From: Minisyncoccota bacterium
Lineage (GTDB): Bacteria; Patescibacteriota; Minisyncoccia; Phycocordibacterales; UBA9973
DNA: 64,000 nucleotides
Assembly (NCBI GenBank): GCA_035353995.1
Contig: DAOQAL010000002.1
Span: 28,729-92,728 of the forward strand
Reading direction: 5' to 3'
Every line of letters starts with the position of its first letter. The stretch's first letter is position 1. The notes beneath the pieces were generated by a model. The model worked only from the letters and a program-made list of their open reading frames with translations. It was not told where the DNA came from and searched no databases. Position numbers and translations under genes: made by a program. Of the stretch, positions 40,752-51,268 are shown piece by piece.

Positions 40752-43454
40752 ATGCCACCACTTAACAAATTTACAACTAAAGCAAAGGATGCAATAAAAA
40801 AGGCTCACGAGCTTGCAATTGAGCGTGGTCAAAATCACGTTTCTTCATTGCACTTGCTTGCAGCTCTTTTACTTCAAGATGAAAGTATGGTTAATTCCAT
40901 TCTAGACAGATTAGAGGTAGATACTATGCTATTAACTGATTCCATTTTGGAATTAATAGAAACACCAGAAACTAGAAGTACTATTTCTCCAGCCTATCAA
41001 ATTTATTTAAATGCAGATTTTGCACAAGCAATAGAACATTCAGTTAAATTAGCAGAATACTTGAAAGATGAATTTGTTTCTACTGAACATTTATTTGTTG
41101 CTATATTGGAAGTTCCTGGAGAAGCTCGTGAAGTTTTGGCAAGACATAGAATTAATAAAGATCTTGTATTAAAAGTTTTAGAAGAACTTCGTAGTCAAAA
41201 TATTACTGATGTTAGCGAACCTAAAAAGTTTAAATTAATTTTGAAATATACTAGAAATTTAACTAAGCTTGCAAAAGAAGATAAGCTAGACCCTGTTATA
41301 GGAAGAGACAGCGAAATAACTAGAATAATGCAAATACTTTCTCGCAGAACAAAAAATAATCCTATTTTAATAGGTGAGGCTGGTACTGGAAAAACTGCAG
41401 TCGTTGAAGGTTTGGCTCAAAGAATTTCAAAAAACAATGTTCCAGAATCTTTAAGAGAAAAAGAGCTTGTTTCACTAGATCTTGGAATGCTTATTGCTGG
41501 TACTAAATATCGTGGAGAATTTGAAGAAAGATTAAAAGGCATAATGAAAGAAATAGAAAGAGCAGAAGGAAAAATAATTTTATTCATTGATGAAATACAT
41601 ACTATTGTTGGTGCTGGTGGTGGTGAGGGAACTATGGATGCTTCGAATATGTTGAAGCCTGCACTTTCTCGTGGAGAGTTAAGAGCAATTGGTGCTACTA
41701 CTTTAAAAGAATATCAAAAATATATTGAAAAAGATCCAGCTTTGGCTCGTCGTTTTCAACCTGTTTATATAGAAGAGCCGAGCGTGGAAGATGCTATTGC
41801 TATTTTGCGTGGGCTTAAAGAAAAATATGAACTTTTCCACGGAATACGTATTACAGATGATGCTATAGTTTCTGCTGTAAATCTTTCTACACGTTATATT
41901 ACGAATAGATTTTTGCCAGACAAGGCTGTTGATTTGATAGATGAAGCGTCATCTTCATTAAAAATAATGTTGGAAAATAAACCACCAGTGTTAGAAGATG
42001 CTCATAGAAAAATAATGCGTCTTGAAATTGAAAAGGAAGCTCTAAAAAAAGAAATTGAAGAAGAATATTCTGAGGATAAGAGTAAAAAAAATAGAATTAA
42101 AGCAATTGATAAAGAGATAGGGAATTTAAAAGAAAAAACAAAAGAACTTGAATTAAAGTGGCAAAACGAAAAAGCAATTGTAGTTGAAACTAGTTCAATA
42201 AAAAAAGAACTTGATGCTCTTCGTGTTGAAGCAGAAAATGCTGAGATGAGAACTGATCTTTCAAAGGCTGCGGAAATTCGCTATGGTAAAATCCCAATGC
42301 TTAAAAAAGAACTTGATACAAAATTAGCACGTCTCAAAAAATTACAAAAATCTAGAAGAATATTGAAAGAAGAAATTACTGCAGAAGATATTGCTGAAGT
42401 TGTAGCACGATGGACAGGTATTCCTCTTTCAAAGATGCTTGAAGAAGAGCGTGCAAAATTGGAAAAAATGGAAGAAGAATTATATAAGAGAGTTATTGGA
42501 CAGAAAGATGCAATTAAAAGAGTTGCTGATGTAATTCGTCGTTCTCGTGCTGGAATTTCTGATCCTAATAGGCCTATTGGTTCATTTATTTTCTTAGGCC
42601 CATCAGGAGTTGGAAAAACAGAACTTACAAAAGCTCTTGCTCAATTTATGTTTAATGATGATAGAGCGCTTATTAGAGTTGATATGTCTGAATATATGGA
42701 AAAATATTCAGTTTCAAAACTTATAGGTTCTCCACCTGGTTATGTTGGATATGAAGAATCAGGCCAATTAACTGAAGCAGTAAGGCATAGACCATATTCT
42801 GTTGTTCTTTTTGACGAAATAGAAAAGGCACATCCAGAAGTATTTAATATGTTACTTCAAGTTATAGATGAGGGAAGATTAACAGACGGAAAAGGTAGAG
42901 TTGTAAATTTTAAAAATTCAATTATTATTTTGACGTCAAATATCGGTTCTCAATTTGTTGAAAAAATGGAATCAATAGGATTTTCAAATAATTCAGATAG
43001 AGATGATTACAGTAATATGAAAGATAAAGTTCTTGAATCTTTGAAAGAAAATTTCCGACCAGAATTTTTGAATCGTTTGGACGAAATTATAGTTTTTGAT
43101 GTCCTATCAAAAGAAGCAATTATTGAAATAGTGAAATTGAGAGTAGAAATGGTAAAAGAAAGATTACTTGCGAAAGGAATCCATTTCAAAATTTCTGATG
43201 ATGCATTGTCTCTGTTGGCAGAAAAAGGATATGATCCACATTATGGTGCAAGACCTATTAATCGTTTGATTCAAAATAAAATTTTGAATCCTGTTGCGTC
43301 ATATATTATTTCAAATGATGTAAAAAATGGAGATATGATTGCTGTGTCTGTAAAAAATAATGAAATATTTATTGAAAATCAAAAGGAACATTCAAAACAC
43401 ATAAAAAAAATTCAAAGTCCAATTATTACATCACAGCGTTCGCCAAAGAAATAA
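40752..43454 (+). CDS. clpB: ATP-dependent chaperone ClpB
   Basis: Two AAA modules ([16 protein letters not shown]), long middle coiled coil, [16 protein letters not shown]. Confidence 0.92.
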   Translation: MPPLNKFTTKAKDAIKKAHELAIERGQNHVSSLHLLAALLLQDESMVNSILDRLEVDTMLLTDSILELIETPETRSTISPAYQIYLNADFAQAIEHSVKLAEYLKDEFVSTEHLFVAILEVPGEAREVLARHRINKDLVLKVLEELRSQNITDVSEPKKFKLILKYTRNLTKLAKEDKLDPVIGRDSEITRIMQILSRRTKNNPILIGEAGTGKTAVVEGLAQRISKNNVPESLREKELVSLDLGMLIAGTKYRGEFEERLKGIMKEIERAEGKIILFIDEIHTIVGAGGGEGTMDASNMLKPALSRGELRAIGATTLKEYQKYIEKDPALARRFQPVYIEEPSVEDAIAILRGLKEKYELFHGIRITDDAIVSAVNLSTRYITNRFLPDKAVDLIDEASSSLKIMLENKPPVLEDAHRKIMRLEIEKEALKKEIEEEYSEDKSKKNRIKAIDKEIGNLKEKTKELELKWQNEKAIVVETSSIKKELDALRVEAENAEMRTDLSKAAEIRYGKIPMLKKELDTKLARLKKLQKSRRILKEEITAEDIAEVVARWTGIPLSKMLEEERAKLEKMEEELYKRVIGQKDAIKRVADVIRRSRAGISDPNRPIGSFIFLGPSGVGKTELTKALAQFMFNDDRALIRVDMSEYMEKYSVSKLIGSPPGYVGYEESGQLTEAVRHRPYSVVLFDEIEKAHPEVFNMLLQVIDEGRLTDGKGRVVNFKNSIIILTSNIGSQFVEKMESIGFSNNSDRDDYSNMKDKVLESLKENFRPEFLNRLDEIIVFDVLSKEAIIEIVKLRVEMVKERLLAKGIHFKISDDALSLLAEKGYDPHYGARPINRLIQNKILNPVASYIISNDVKNGDMIAVSVKNNEIFIENQKEHSKHIKKIQSPIITSQRSPKK

Positions 43455-43489
43455 ATTAAAAATCTCCCTTCAAAGGGAGATTTTTAATT
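43455..43489. terminator. bidirectional terminator
   Basis: AATTAAAAATCTCCCTT-CA-AAGGGAGATTTTTAATT. Confidence 0.8.
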
Positions 43490-43506
43490 TGGTGCGCCGG
43501 GTAGGA
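43490..43506 (-). repeat. duplicate of the tRNA-Tyr 3' end with CCA
   Basis: Minus strand TCCTACCCGGCGCACCA; matches 43553-43567. Confidence 0.8.
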
Positions 43507-43553
43507 GCGCTTCGCATTTCTCTCCTTACAGAAGCTTGAATTTTTTAATATAG

Positions 43554-43637
43554 TGCGCCGGGTAGGATTCGAACCTACGTAGCCCTAAGGGCGACTGATT
43601 TACAGTCAGTTGCAATTGACCACTCTGCCACCGACGC
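43554..43637 (-). tRNA. tRNA-Tyr(GTA)
   Basis: GCGTCGG/CCGGCGC acceptor stem, loop CTGTAAA, long variable arm, GGTTCGAATCC. Confidence 0.92.
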
Positions 43638-43905
43638 TATTTTGCGACATAAGTCGCAATCCTATATATGCGTAGGAACATAGCTTTAGTGGTAGCCCAC
43701 CTTCGCTACGCTACAGATAAAAAATGAAGCAGTTCATTTTTTATCCACCGACGCATCTTAGAGTAAAATAGCATAAAAAAAGTCTTTTTGCATCTTTTTC
43801 TATTGAGTATTTTATTTTATAAAAATACTTTTTGCTATTTTAAGAATAGTATGTTATGATTAACAAAATAAATTAAGCCTGACGGCTTTTTTATTTCGTA
43901 AAATT

Positions 43906-45720
43906 ATGGAAATTAGAAATATTGCAATTATAGCGCACGTTGATCACGGCAAAACAAAACTGACCGATTCTTTAATGAAACAAAACGGTATGTTTTTGGA
44001 CGACAGTGTATCAATGGATTCAAATGAACTCGAAAAAGAGCGAGGTATTACAATATATTCAAAAAATACATCTATATATTATAAAGGAACTAAAATAAAT
44101 ATTGTAGATACTCCAGGGCACGCAGACTTTGGTTCTGAAGTTGAACGTGTTCTTCGTGCAATTGATTCTGTTTTATTGTTAGTTGATGCTGTAGAAGGAC
44201 CAATGCCTCAAACAAGATTTGTATTGAAAAAATCCTTAGAGCTTGGATTAAAACCAATTGTTGTTATAAATAAAATAGACAAAAAAGCTGCTGATCCGAA
44301 TAGAGCATACGAAGAGGTTCTAGAACTTTTTTTTGAATTAGGCGCTACAGAAGAGCAGGCAAATTTTGAAACTGTTTATGCAATAGGTAGAGAAGGAATT
44401 GCAAAAAGAAAATTAGAAGATGAATCAAAAGATTTAACTCCTCTTTTGGATGTTATTTTAGAAAAAGTTTCACCAGCATCAAAAAATGAAGAAGGTCTTA
44501 TGTCTGCGCAAGTATTCAATCTAGGTTATGACAATTTCTTAGGAAGACTTGCTATAGCTAGAATATATTCTGGAAAAATGACTTCAGGTAATCAGGTTTT
44601 TGTAAAAGGAGAAAATGGAACAAGATCTGGAAAAATATCTAAATTATTTACCTTTGAAGGTTTAACTAGAAAAGAAGTTAAAGAAGCAACTTCTGGCGAT
44701 ATTGTACTTCTTGCTGGTATACCTGATATATATATTGGAGAAACGATTTGTGAAGATGAGTCTGTTGAACCAATGCCACATATTGCTATTGATGAGCCAA
44801 CAATTTCTTTAAATTTTTTAGTAAATGATTCTCCTTTTGCTGGGAAAGAAGGTAAATTTGTAACATCAAGACAATTAAAAGAAAGACTAGAAAAAGAGTT
44901 GGAGATGAACGTAGGTCTTAAAGTTGATTTTTCTCCAGAACAAGGAAAAATAAAATCGGGACCAAGTTTTTTTAAAGTGTACGGAAGAGGTGAATTGCAC
45001 ATTGCTATTCTTTTAGAAAATATGCGCAGAGAAGGATTTGAAATGCAGGTATCTCAACCAGAAGTTATTGTTAAAGAAATAAATGGTATAAAAATGGAAC
45101 CATATGAAGAAATAATCATAGATGTTCCAAATATTTTTTCAGGTTCTGTTATAGAAAAAATTAGTAAACGCAGAGGTCTTATGAAAAATATGACAGAAAA
45201 AGAAGGCATTTGTAGAATTACTTTTGAAATACCAACAAGGGGAATTTTAGGATACAGAGGAGAATTTATAGTAGATACAAAAGGTGAAGGAATTATGTCT
45301 GGCAGAGTTATAGGATTTAAAGAACATGCAGGAGAAGTTAGAAAAAGAGAATATGGATCTATGGTTTCTATGGTATCTGGAAAAGCTGTAGCTTTTGCTC
45401 TTGCAAACTTACAAGAACGAGGCGTGCTTTACATTGGTCATGGAGCAGAGGTATACGAAGGAGCTGTAATTGGTAATGTATTAAAAGGAAATGATATGTC
45501 TGTAAACCCAACAAAAGGTAAACAGCTCAGTAATATGCGTGCTTCTGGAACAGATGAAGCAATAATTTTAAATCCTCCTTTTGTGCTTAATATTGAAAGG
45601 GGATTAGAGGTTATGGGTGATGATGAGTATCTGGAAATAACTCCAAAAAGTGTTAGACTTAGAAAAAAATATTTAACAGAACTCGAAAGAGTGAGAATGG
45701 CTCGTTTAGTCAATGACTAA
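43906..45720 (+). CDS. typA: translational GTPase TypA/BipA
   Basis: [53 protein letters not shown]. Confidence 0.96.
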   Translation: MEIRNIAIIAHVDHGKTKLTDSLMKQNGMFLDDSVSMDSNELEKERGITIYSKNTSIYYKGTKINIVDTPGHADFGSEVERVLRAIDSVLLLVDAVEGPMPQTRFVLKKSLELGLKPIVVINKIDKKAADPNRAYEEVLELFFELGATEEQANFETVYAIGREGIAKRKLEDESKDLTPLLDVILEKVSPASKNEEGLMSAQVFNLGYDNFLGRLAIARIYSGKMTSGNQVFVKGENGTRSGKISKLFTFEGLTRKEVKEATSGDIVLLAGIPDIYIGETICEDESVEPMPHIAIDEPTISLNFLVNDSPFAGKEGKFVTSRQLKERLEKELEMNVGLKVDFSPEQGKIKSGPSFFKVYGRGELHIAILLENMRREGFEMQVSQPEVIVKEINGIKMEPYEEIIIDVPNIFSGSVIEKISKRRGLMKNMTEKEGICRITFEIPTRGILGYRGEFIVDTKGEGIMSGRVIGFKEHAGEVRKREYGSMVSMVSGKAVAFALANLQERGVLYIGHGAEVYEGAVIGNVLKGNDMSVNPTKGKQLSNMRASGTDEAIILNPPFVLNIERGLEVMGDDEYLEITPKSVRLRKKYLTELERVRMARLVND

Positions 45721-45791
45721 AATTTGACATCGGGTCAAGATTATGTATAATTAAGATAAAAGAAATTATTATAAATTAAGATTATAAAAAA

Positions 45792-46820
45792 ATGACAACA
45801 ATATCATTCAAACCAAAGCAGGTAACAAAAAAAATAACTTCAAATCTACACAATAGAGCAAATGATGTAATCATGAATCGTTTTGGTTTGAACACTGAAG
45901 CTGAAAGAAAGACTCTCGAAGAAATTGGTAAGAAATATAATATAACTCGTGAAAGAGTAAGACAAATAGAAGAGTCAGCTCTTAACATGATAAAAAAATC
46001 AGAAGCTTATAAAGGTGAGCAGGCTGTTTTTGATGAACTAAAAGAATTGATAAACTCTTTGGGTTCTATTATTTCAGAACATGAACTTTTGTCTCACATA
46101 TCAAAAGATAAAGCAACTCAGAATCATATTCATTTTTATTTGGTATTGGGTGACGCTTTCAAAAAACACAGAGAAGATAATCACTTTCATGCACGTTGGA
46201 GTGTGAATGATGAAGTTGCACAAAAAGTACATGATTCTTTGAAAAAACTTTATGCAAGTCTTAATGATGAAGATTTAATATCAGAAACAGAAATGATAAA
46301 AAAGTTTTTTGATAATATGAAAGATTCAGTTGAAGAATACAAGAAAGAAGAAATAGTAAAGAGATGGCTTGGAATGTCAAAAACAATATCTAAAAATCCG
46401 CTTGGTGAATGGGGAAAATCAACATCTCCTAATATCCGTACTCGTGGTGTAAAAGATTATGCATTTTTAGTAATGCGACGTCATGGTTCTCCTATGCATT
46501 TCAGAGAAGTAGCTGATAATATTTCAAAAACTTTTAATAGAAAAACTCACTATGCAACATGTCACAATGAACTCATAAAAGATCCTCGTTTTGTATTAGT
46601 TGGACGTGGAATGTATGCTTTATCTGAATGGGGATATAAAGCCGGAATTGCAAGAGAAATAATTAGAGATATTCTAAAAAGAGAAGGTCCTCTTTCTAAA
46701 GATCAAGTTGTAGAAAAAGTAATGAAAGAAAGATATTTCAAGAAAAATACTATTTTGGTAAATCTTGTTAATTCAAAATATTTCAAAAAGAACAAAAACG
46801 GTCTTTATACTGCAATATAG
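45792..46820 (+). CDS. sigma70 region-4 HTH plus HARE-HTH-like DNA-binding protein
   Basis: RFGL..KTLEEIGKKYNITRERVRQIE; C-terminal PMHFREVA..HNELIKDPRFVLVGRGMYALSEW. Confidence 0.8.
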   Translation: MTTISFKPKQVTKKITSNLHNRANDVIMNRFGLNTEAERKTLEEIGKKYNITRERVRQIEESALNMIKKSEAYKGEQAVFDELKELINSLGSIISEHELLSHISKDKATQNHIHFYLVLGDAFKKHREDNHFHARWSVNDEVAQKVHDSLKKLYASLNDEDLISETEMIKKFFDNMKDSVEEYKKEEIVKRWLGMSKTISKNPLGEWGKSTSPNIRTRGVKDYAFLVMRRHGSPMHFREVADNISKTFNRKTHYATCHNELIKDPRFVLVGRGMYALSEWGYKAGIAREIIRDILKREGPLSKDQVVEKVMKERYFKKNTILVNLVNSKYFKKNKNGLYTAI

Positions 46821-46866
46821 AATATTTTGTTTTACTTTACTCTCTCTTTATATTAATATATAAGAT

Positions 46867-48168
46867 ATGGCTGATATTCCTGTAGATATAGCTGTTTTTC
46901 TTTTTAATATTGTTTTATGGATTTTACCTCTTATCGGTACGATCTTTTTGGCTGTGGTTGCTTGGAAGTTGTGGATACATTATGTACAACAAAATTTTAT
47001 TTCTGGTATTGATTTTGTTTTATTAGAAATTGTTCCTCCACGTGATGTTCTTCGTTCACCAAAAGCTATGGAGCTTTTCTTTACTAATGCTCTTTATCAT
47101 AAAAGTACAAAGGGTGGTATTGAAGAGTTCTGGCAAGGTGCTGTTTGGTTTTGGTTTTCTCTTGAAATAGTTTCTATTGATGGACAAGTTCATTTTTATA
47201 TTAGAACACCAACGAGAATAAGAGGATTAATTGAAACACAAATGTATGCTCAATATCCTCAAGCTCAGATAAAAGAAGTTGATGATTACACTCTTGCAGT
47301 AGATGAGATTTCAGATAATAGTAAATACAATCTATGGGGATGTGAATTTTGGTTGGACAAACCAGAAGCTTATCCTATAAAAACTTATGTTGATTTTGGT
47401 TTAGATAAAGATCCTAAAGAAGAATTTAAAGTTGATCCAATCGCTCCGATAATAGAACTTTTTGGTTCTCTAAAAAAAGGAGAACAAATGTGGTTACAGT
47501 TTGTTATTACTCCAGCACGCAAAAAATATCATACAATAGGAACTTGGTTTAAAAATCATGACTGGGTTGCTGAATCAAGGCTGGAAGTTAGAAAAATATT
47601 AAAACCATATATGGCTGTTAAGGATGAAGGTAAAAGAATAGAAGTTCGTGTTCCTTCTTATTTGGAAGGTCAAGTAGAAGGTATTAATAGTAAAATAACT
47701 AAACTAGGTTTTGATTGTGGCATAAGAGCATGCTATGTTGCAAAAAAAGAATCTTACGATTTAAGTAATAGAAGAAATTTACGTCTTATTTTCCGTCAAT
47801 ACGCAACTCCATCACTAAATTGTCTTGAAAGACATAATTCAACTCAGGCTGATGCTTTTACTGCTAATTTCTTTGAATCTTTCTTTCTTATTTCTCAAAA
47901 GACGATTACTCGTTTATCAAATAGAATGCTGGAAGAATATAGAGAACGTGCATTTTTCTATACTCCATTAAGACATAAACTTTCTAGTTTTATTCCTTGG
48001 CCACTTTCACCTTATATATTTCCAAAATATTTTCACCACAATACTTTTGTTCTTAATACAGAAGAAATTGCTACACTTTGGCATTTCCCAGGTCAGATTT
48101 TGAAAGTTCCTACATTAGAACGTATAGAATCAAAAGAAGCATCACCGCCTCCAAATTTACCGATATAA
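46867..48168 (+). CDS. conserved CPR membrane-anchored hypothetical protein
   Basis: N-terminal TM; LLEI.PP..SPKAME, FSLEIVSIDG, YAQYP, LNTEEIATLWHFP. Confidence 0.7.
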   Translation: MADIPVDIAVFLFNIVLWILPLIGTIFLAVVAWKLWIHYVQQNFISGIDFVLLEIVPPRDVLRSPKAMELFFTNALYHKSTKGGIEEFWQGAVWFWFSLEIVSIDGQVHFYIRTPTRIRGLIETQMYAQYPQAQIKEVDDYTLAVDEISDNSKYNLWGCEFWLDKPEAYPIKTYVDFGLDKDPKEEFKVDPIAPIIELFGSLKKGEQMWLQFVITPARKKYHTIGTWFKNHDWVAESRLEVRKILKPYMAVKDEGKRIEVRVPSYLEGQVEGINSKITKLGFDCGIRACYVAKKESYDLSNRRNLRLIFRQYATPSLNCLERHNSTQADAFTANFFESFFLISQKTITRLSNRMLEEYRERAFFYTPLRHKLSSFIPWPLSPYIFPKYFHHNTFVLNTEEIATLWHFPGQILKVPTLERIESKEASPPPNLPI

Positions 48169-48171
48169 TAT

Positions 48172-49110
48172 ATGGAAAATTTTTCTTTATTAAATAATAA
48201 TAAAATTCCAGAAGAAAATATAAAGAAACAATATTCATTTAAGAAAAAAGTTTCTCTCTTTGTTTTGGGATTATTTTCTTTTTTGTTTATTGGATATTTT
48301 CTTTTTTTAAGTACCCCGTGTTCTTTTCCAAAGGGTATTGTAATTAGTATTGAAAAAGGAGAAAGTTTGAGAGATGTATCTTTATTATTGAAAGAAAAAA
48401 AAATTATTAGATCAAGAGTTTCTTTTGAAACATTTGTTATTTTATTTGGTGGAGAAAAACATATTTCTCAAGGAGATTATTTATTTGAAAATAAATTACC
48501 AGTTTTCGAGGTTGCAAAACGAATAGTTGAAAAGGATCGTCATTTAGCATCAGTAAAAATAACAATTCCTGAAGGATATAATCTTTTGCAAATAGCTGAT
48601 GCGGTTTCTACAAAATTGAAAAATTTTAACAGAGAAAAATTTTTTACAGAAGCAAAAGAGGGATATCTATTTCCAGATACATATTTTTTCTTTTCAACAG
48701 ATAGTGAAGAGCAAGTTGTAAAGTATATGACAGAAAATTTTGAAAAGAAAATTAAAACGGTAAAGTCTGAAATTAATGATTCTGGTAAAACAGAAAATGA
48801 GATTATAATTATGGCATCTCTTATAGAAAAAGAGGCAAAAGGTGATGCTGATAGAGGTTATATTTCTGGAATTTTGTGGAATAGATTAAAAAAGGGAATG
48901 CCATTACAAGTTGATTCAGCTGAAGAAACATACAAAACAAAAGGTTTGCCAGAGAACCCTATTTGCAATCCAGGCTTAAAAGCTATAAAAGCGTCGATTT
49001 CACCAATTAATTCTCCATATTTATATTATCTTCATGATAAGAATGGCATAATTCATTATGCAAAAACTTTTGATGAGCATAAAAAAAATAAATTAAAATA
49101 TTTGAATTAA
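48172..49110 (+). CDS. mltG: endolytic transglycosylase MltG
   Basis: TIPEG, EGYLFPDTY, MASLIEKEA, NRLKKGMPLQVD, GLPENPICNPG. Confidence 0.92.
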   Translation: MENFSLLNNNKIPEENIKKQYSFKKKVSLFVLGLFSFLFIGYFLFLSTPCSFPKGIVISIEKGESLRDVSLLLKEKKIIRSRVSFETFVILFGGEKHISQGDYLFENKLPVFEVAKRIVEKDRHLASVKITIPEGYNLLQIADAVSTKLKNFNREKFFTEAKEGYLFPDTYFFFSTDSEEQVVKYMTENFEKKIKTVKSEINDSGKTENEIIIMASLIEKEAKGDADRGYISGILWNRLKKGMPLQVDSAEETYKTKGLPENPICNPGLKAIKASISPINSPYLYYLHDKNGIIHYAKTFDEHKKNKLKYLN

Positions 49111-49113
49111 AAA

Positions 49114-49641
49114 ATGAGAAAACATAATTTAGCTTTTACAGATTTAGAAACCACTGGTCTTAATATTCTCAAACATGAGATTATTGAGATTGGTTGTGTT
49201 ATTACAGATTATAAATTGAAAGTTATTGAAGAATTTGAAATAAAAATAAAACCAGAAAATATTGAGAATGCAGATCTTGTTGCTTTAAAGGTGAATGGAT
49301 ACAATGATGAAGATTGGAAAGACGCTATGTCATTAAAAAATGCATTACATATTTTTTCTGATAAAGCAAAAGATTGCATTATGGTAGGACAAAATGTTGC
49401 TTTTGATTCTTGGTTTTTAGAATATAATTTTGCTAAATTAAATTTAAAAAATACATTGCACTATCATAGGCTTGATACTATTTCTATTGCTTGGGCAAAA
49501 CTTCATAAAAAAGAAGAAGTTAACCATTTCTCTTTGCGTGAAATGTGTAAATATTTTGGAATAAAAAATGAAAATCCGCACAGAGCATTGTCTGATGCAC
49601 AGGCTACATTTGAGCTTTACAAAAAGCTTATGAATATGTAG
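49114..49641 (+). CDS. DEDDh 3'-5' exonuclease (DnaQ-like)
   Basis: DLETTG, QNVAFD, HRALSDA. Confidence 0.88.
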   Translation: MRKHNLAFTDLETTGLNILKHEIIEIGCVITDYKLKVIEEFEIKIKPENIENADLVALKVNGYNDEDWKDAMSLKNALHIFSDKAKDCIMVGQNVAFDSWFLEYNFAKLNLKNTLHYHRLDTISIAWAKLHKKEEVNHFSLREMCKYFGIKNENPHRALSDAQATFELYKKLMNM

Positions 49642-49679
49642 TATCAAATCATATTTGTTTTAAAAAATATTTTCATTTT

Positions 49680-50774
49680 ATGAAGAAACTTAAAAACAAA
49701 AAAATAGTTTTTGTTGGCATGTCTGGAGGTGTAGATTCTTCTGTTTCTGTAGCTATTTTGAAAGAACAAGGCTATGACGTAGTTGGTGTTTTTATTCGTA
49801 CTTGGCACCCAGATTTTTTGCCATGCAATGAAGAAAAAGAAAGATTAGATGCGATGAGAGTAGCTGCTTTTTTGAATATACCATTTTTAACTTTTGATTT
49901 TGAAGACATTTATAAAAAAGGAGTGGCAGATTATATGATTGCAGAATATAAAGCTGGTAGAACTCCAAACCCAGATGTTATGTGTAATAAGGAAGTAAAA
50001 TTTGGTGCTTTTCTTAAAAAATCTCTTTCTATGGGTGCAGACTATGTTGCTACTGGACATTATGCAATAAGTAAAAAATATTCGAATGATTTTAATTTAT
50101 TGAAAGGAAAAGATTCCACGAAAGATCAAGTATATTTTCTCTGGACATTAAAACAGGAACAGCTTTCAAAAATTTTTTTCCCTGTAGGTAATATAAAAAA
50201 GACAGAGGTAAGAAAACTTGCAAAAAAATTTAAGTTACCTGTTGCAGATAAAAAAGATAGTCAGGGGATTTGTTTTCTTGGAGCTGTTGATTTAAAAGAA
50301 TTTTTAAAACACTATATTAAAGAAAAAGGAGGAAACGTAGTAAATACAAATGGGGAAATTATTGGATACCACGATGGGGCTGTTTTCCATACACTTGGAG
50401 AACGTCATGGTTTTACAATTACGAAAAAGAATCCAAACGATGGAGCTTATTATATAGTTTCAAAAAATATAAAGAAAAATACTTTAGTAGTAAGTCAGGA
50501 TAAAAATTCTTTTCAAGAAGATAAAGATAAGAAAAATAATTCGGAATTTTATTTAGAAATAGATAATTTAAATTGGATTAACGAAATTCCTAAAGCAAAT
50601 AAAAATTATCAAGCACAAATTCGTTACCATGGAGAATTTTTACCTTGCAAGATAGAATTGAATAGTAAAACAAAAGCAAAAGTAATTTTTAAAAAATATA
50701 TTTTAGCAGATAAAGGACAGTCATGTGTTATTTATGATAAAGATGTTTGCCTTGGTGGTGGTATAATTATATAA
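49680..50774 (+). CDS. mnmA: tRNA 2-thiouridylase MnmA
   Basis: GMSGGVDSSV, TPNPDVMCN, ATGHYA, KDSQGICF. Confidence 0.96.
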   Translation: MKKLKNKKIVFVGMSGGVDSSVSVAILKEQGYDVVGVFIRTWHPDFLPCNEEKERLDAMRVAAFLNIPFLTFDFEDIYKKGVADYMIAEYKAGRTPNPDVMCNKEVKFGAFLKKSLSMGADYVATGHYAISKKYSNDFNLLKGKDSTKDQVYFLWTLKQEQLSKIFFPVGNIKKTEVRKLAKKFKLPVADKKDSQGICFLGAVDLKEFLKHYIKEKGGNVVNTNGEIIGYHDGAVFHTLGERHGFTITKKNPNDGAYYIVSKNIKKNTLVVSQDKNSFQEDKDKKNNSEFYLEIDNLNWINEIPKANKNYQAQIRYHGEFLPCKIELNSKTKAKVIFKKYILADKGQSCVIYDKDVCLGGGIII

Positions 50775-50783
50775 TATAAATAT

Positions 50784-51263
50784 ATGGAACAATTTTTTAT
50801 ACAAAACGGAGATATTGTTTTGAGATTAGTAATAGCTATGTTTTTAGGAATGTTAGTTGGAACAGAACGCTTTTTAGCCCGCAAGGAAGCAGGTGTTAGA
50901 ACTCATGCTCTTGTATCTGTGGGTTCAGCTCTTTTTGTTATAATTTCTGAAATAGTTATGCAAAATTATGCTAACATGGGAGCATTTGATCCAATGCGTA
51001 TGGCATCTCAGATCGTTGTAGGAATTGGATTTCTTGGTGCTGGCTCTATTATATTGGAAGGTTCACGATTAAAAGGGTTAACGACAGCAGGTGGACTTTG
51101 GGTTACTGCTGGAATAGGAATGGCAGCTGGATTTGGACTTTTTGGACTTGCTACTATATCAACAGTTTTAGTCCTTTTAATTTTGATTTTTGTTTATATA
51201 CTTGAAAAACCTCTTTTAAAAATTTCAGAAAAAAACGATACTGCAGAAAAAACTGATAATTAA
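50784..51263 (+). CDS. MgtC/SapB family membrane protein
   Basis: AGVRTHALV, DPMRMASQIVVGIGFLGAG, GLTTA..W. Confidence 0.9.
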   Translation: MEQFFIQNGDIVLRLVIAMFLGMLVGTERFLARKEAGVRTHALVSVGSALFVIISEIVMQNYANMGAFDPMRMASQIVVGIGFLGAGSIILEGSRLKGLTTAGGLWVTAGIGMAAGFGLFGLATISTVLVLLILIFVYILEKPLLKISEKNDTAEKTDN

Positions 51264-51268
51264 TTTTT

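Noticed and set aside
43741-43749. DnaA-box-like TTATCCACC
   Set aside because: One mismatch, and explained by the junction of a hairpin arm and the tRNA 5'-end duplicate.
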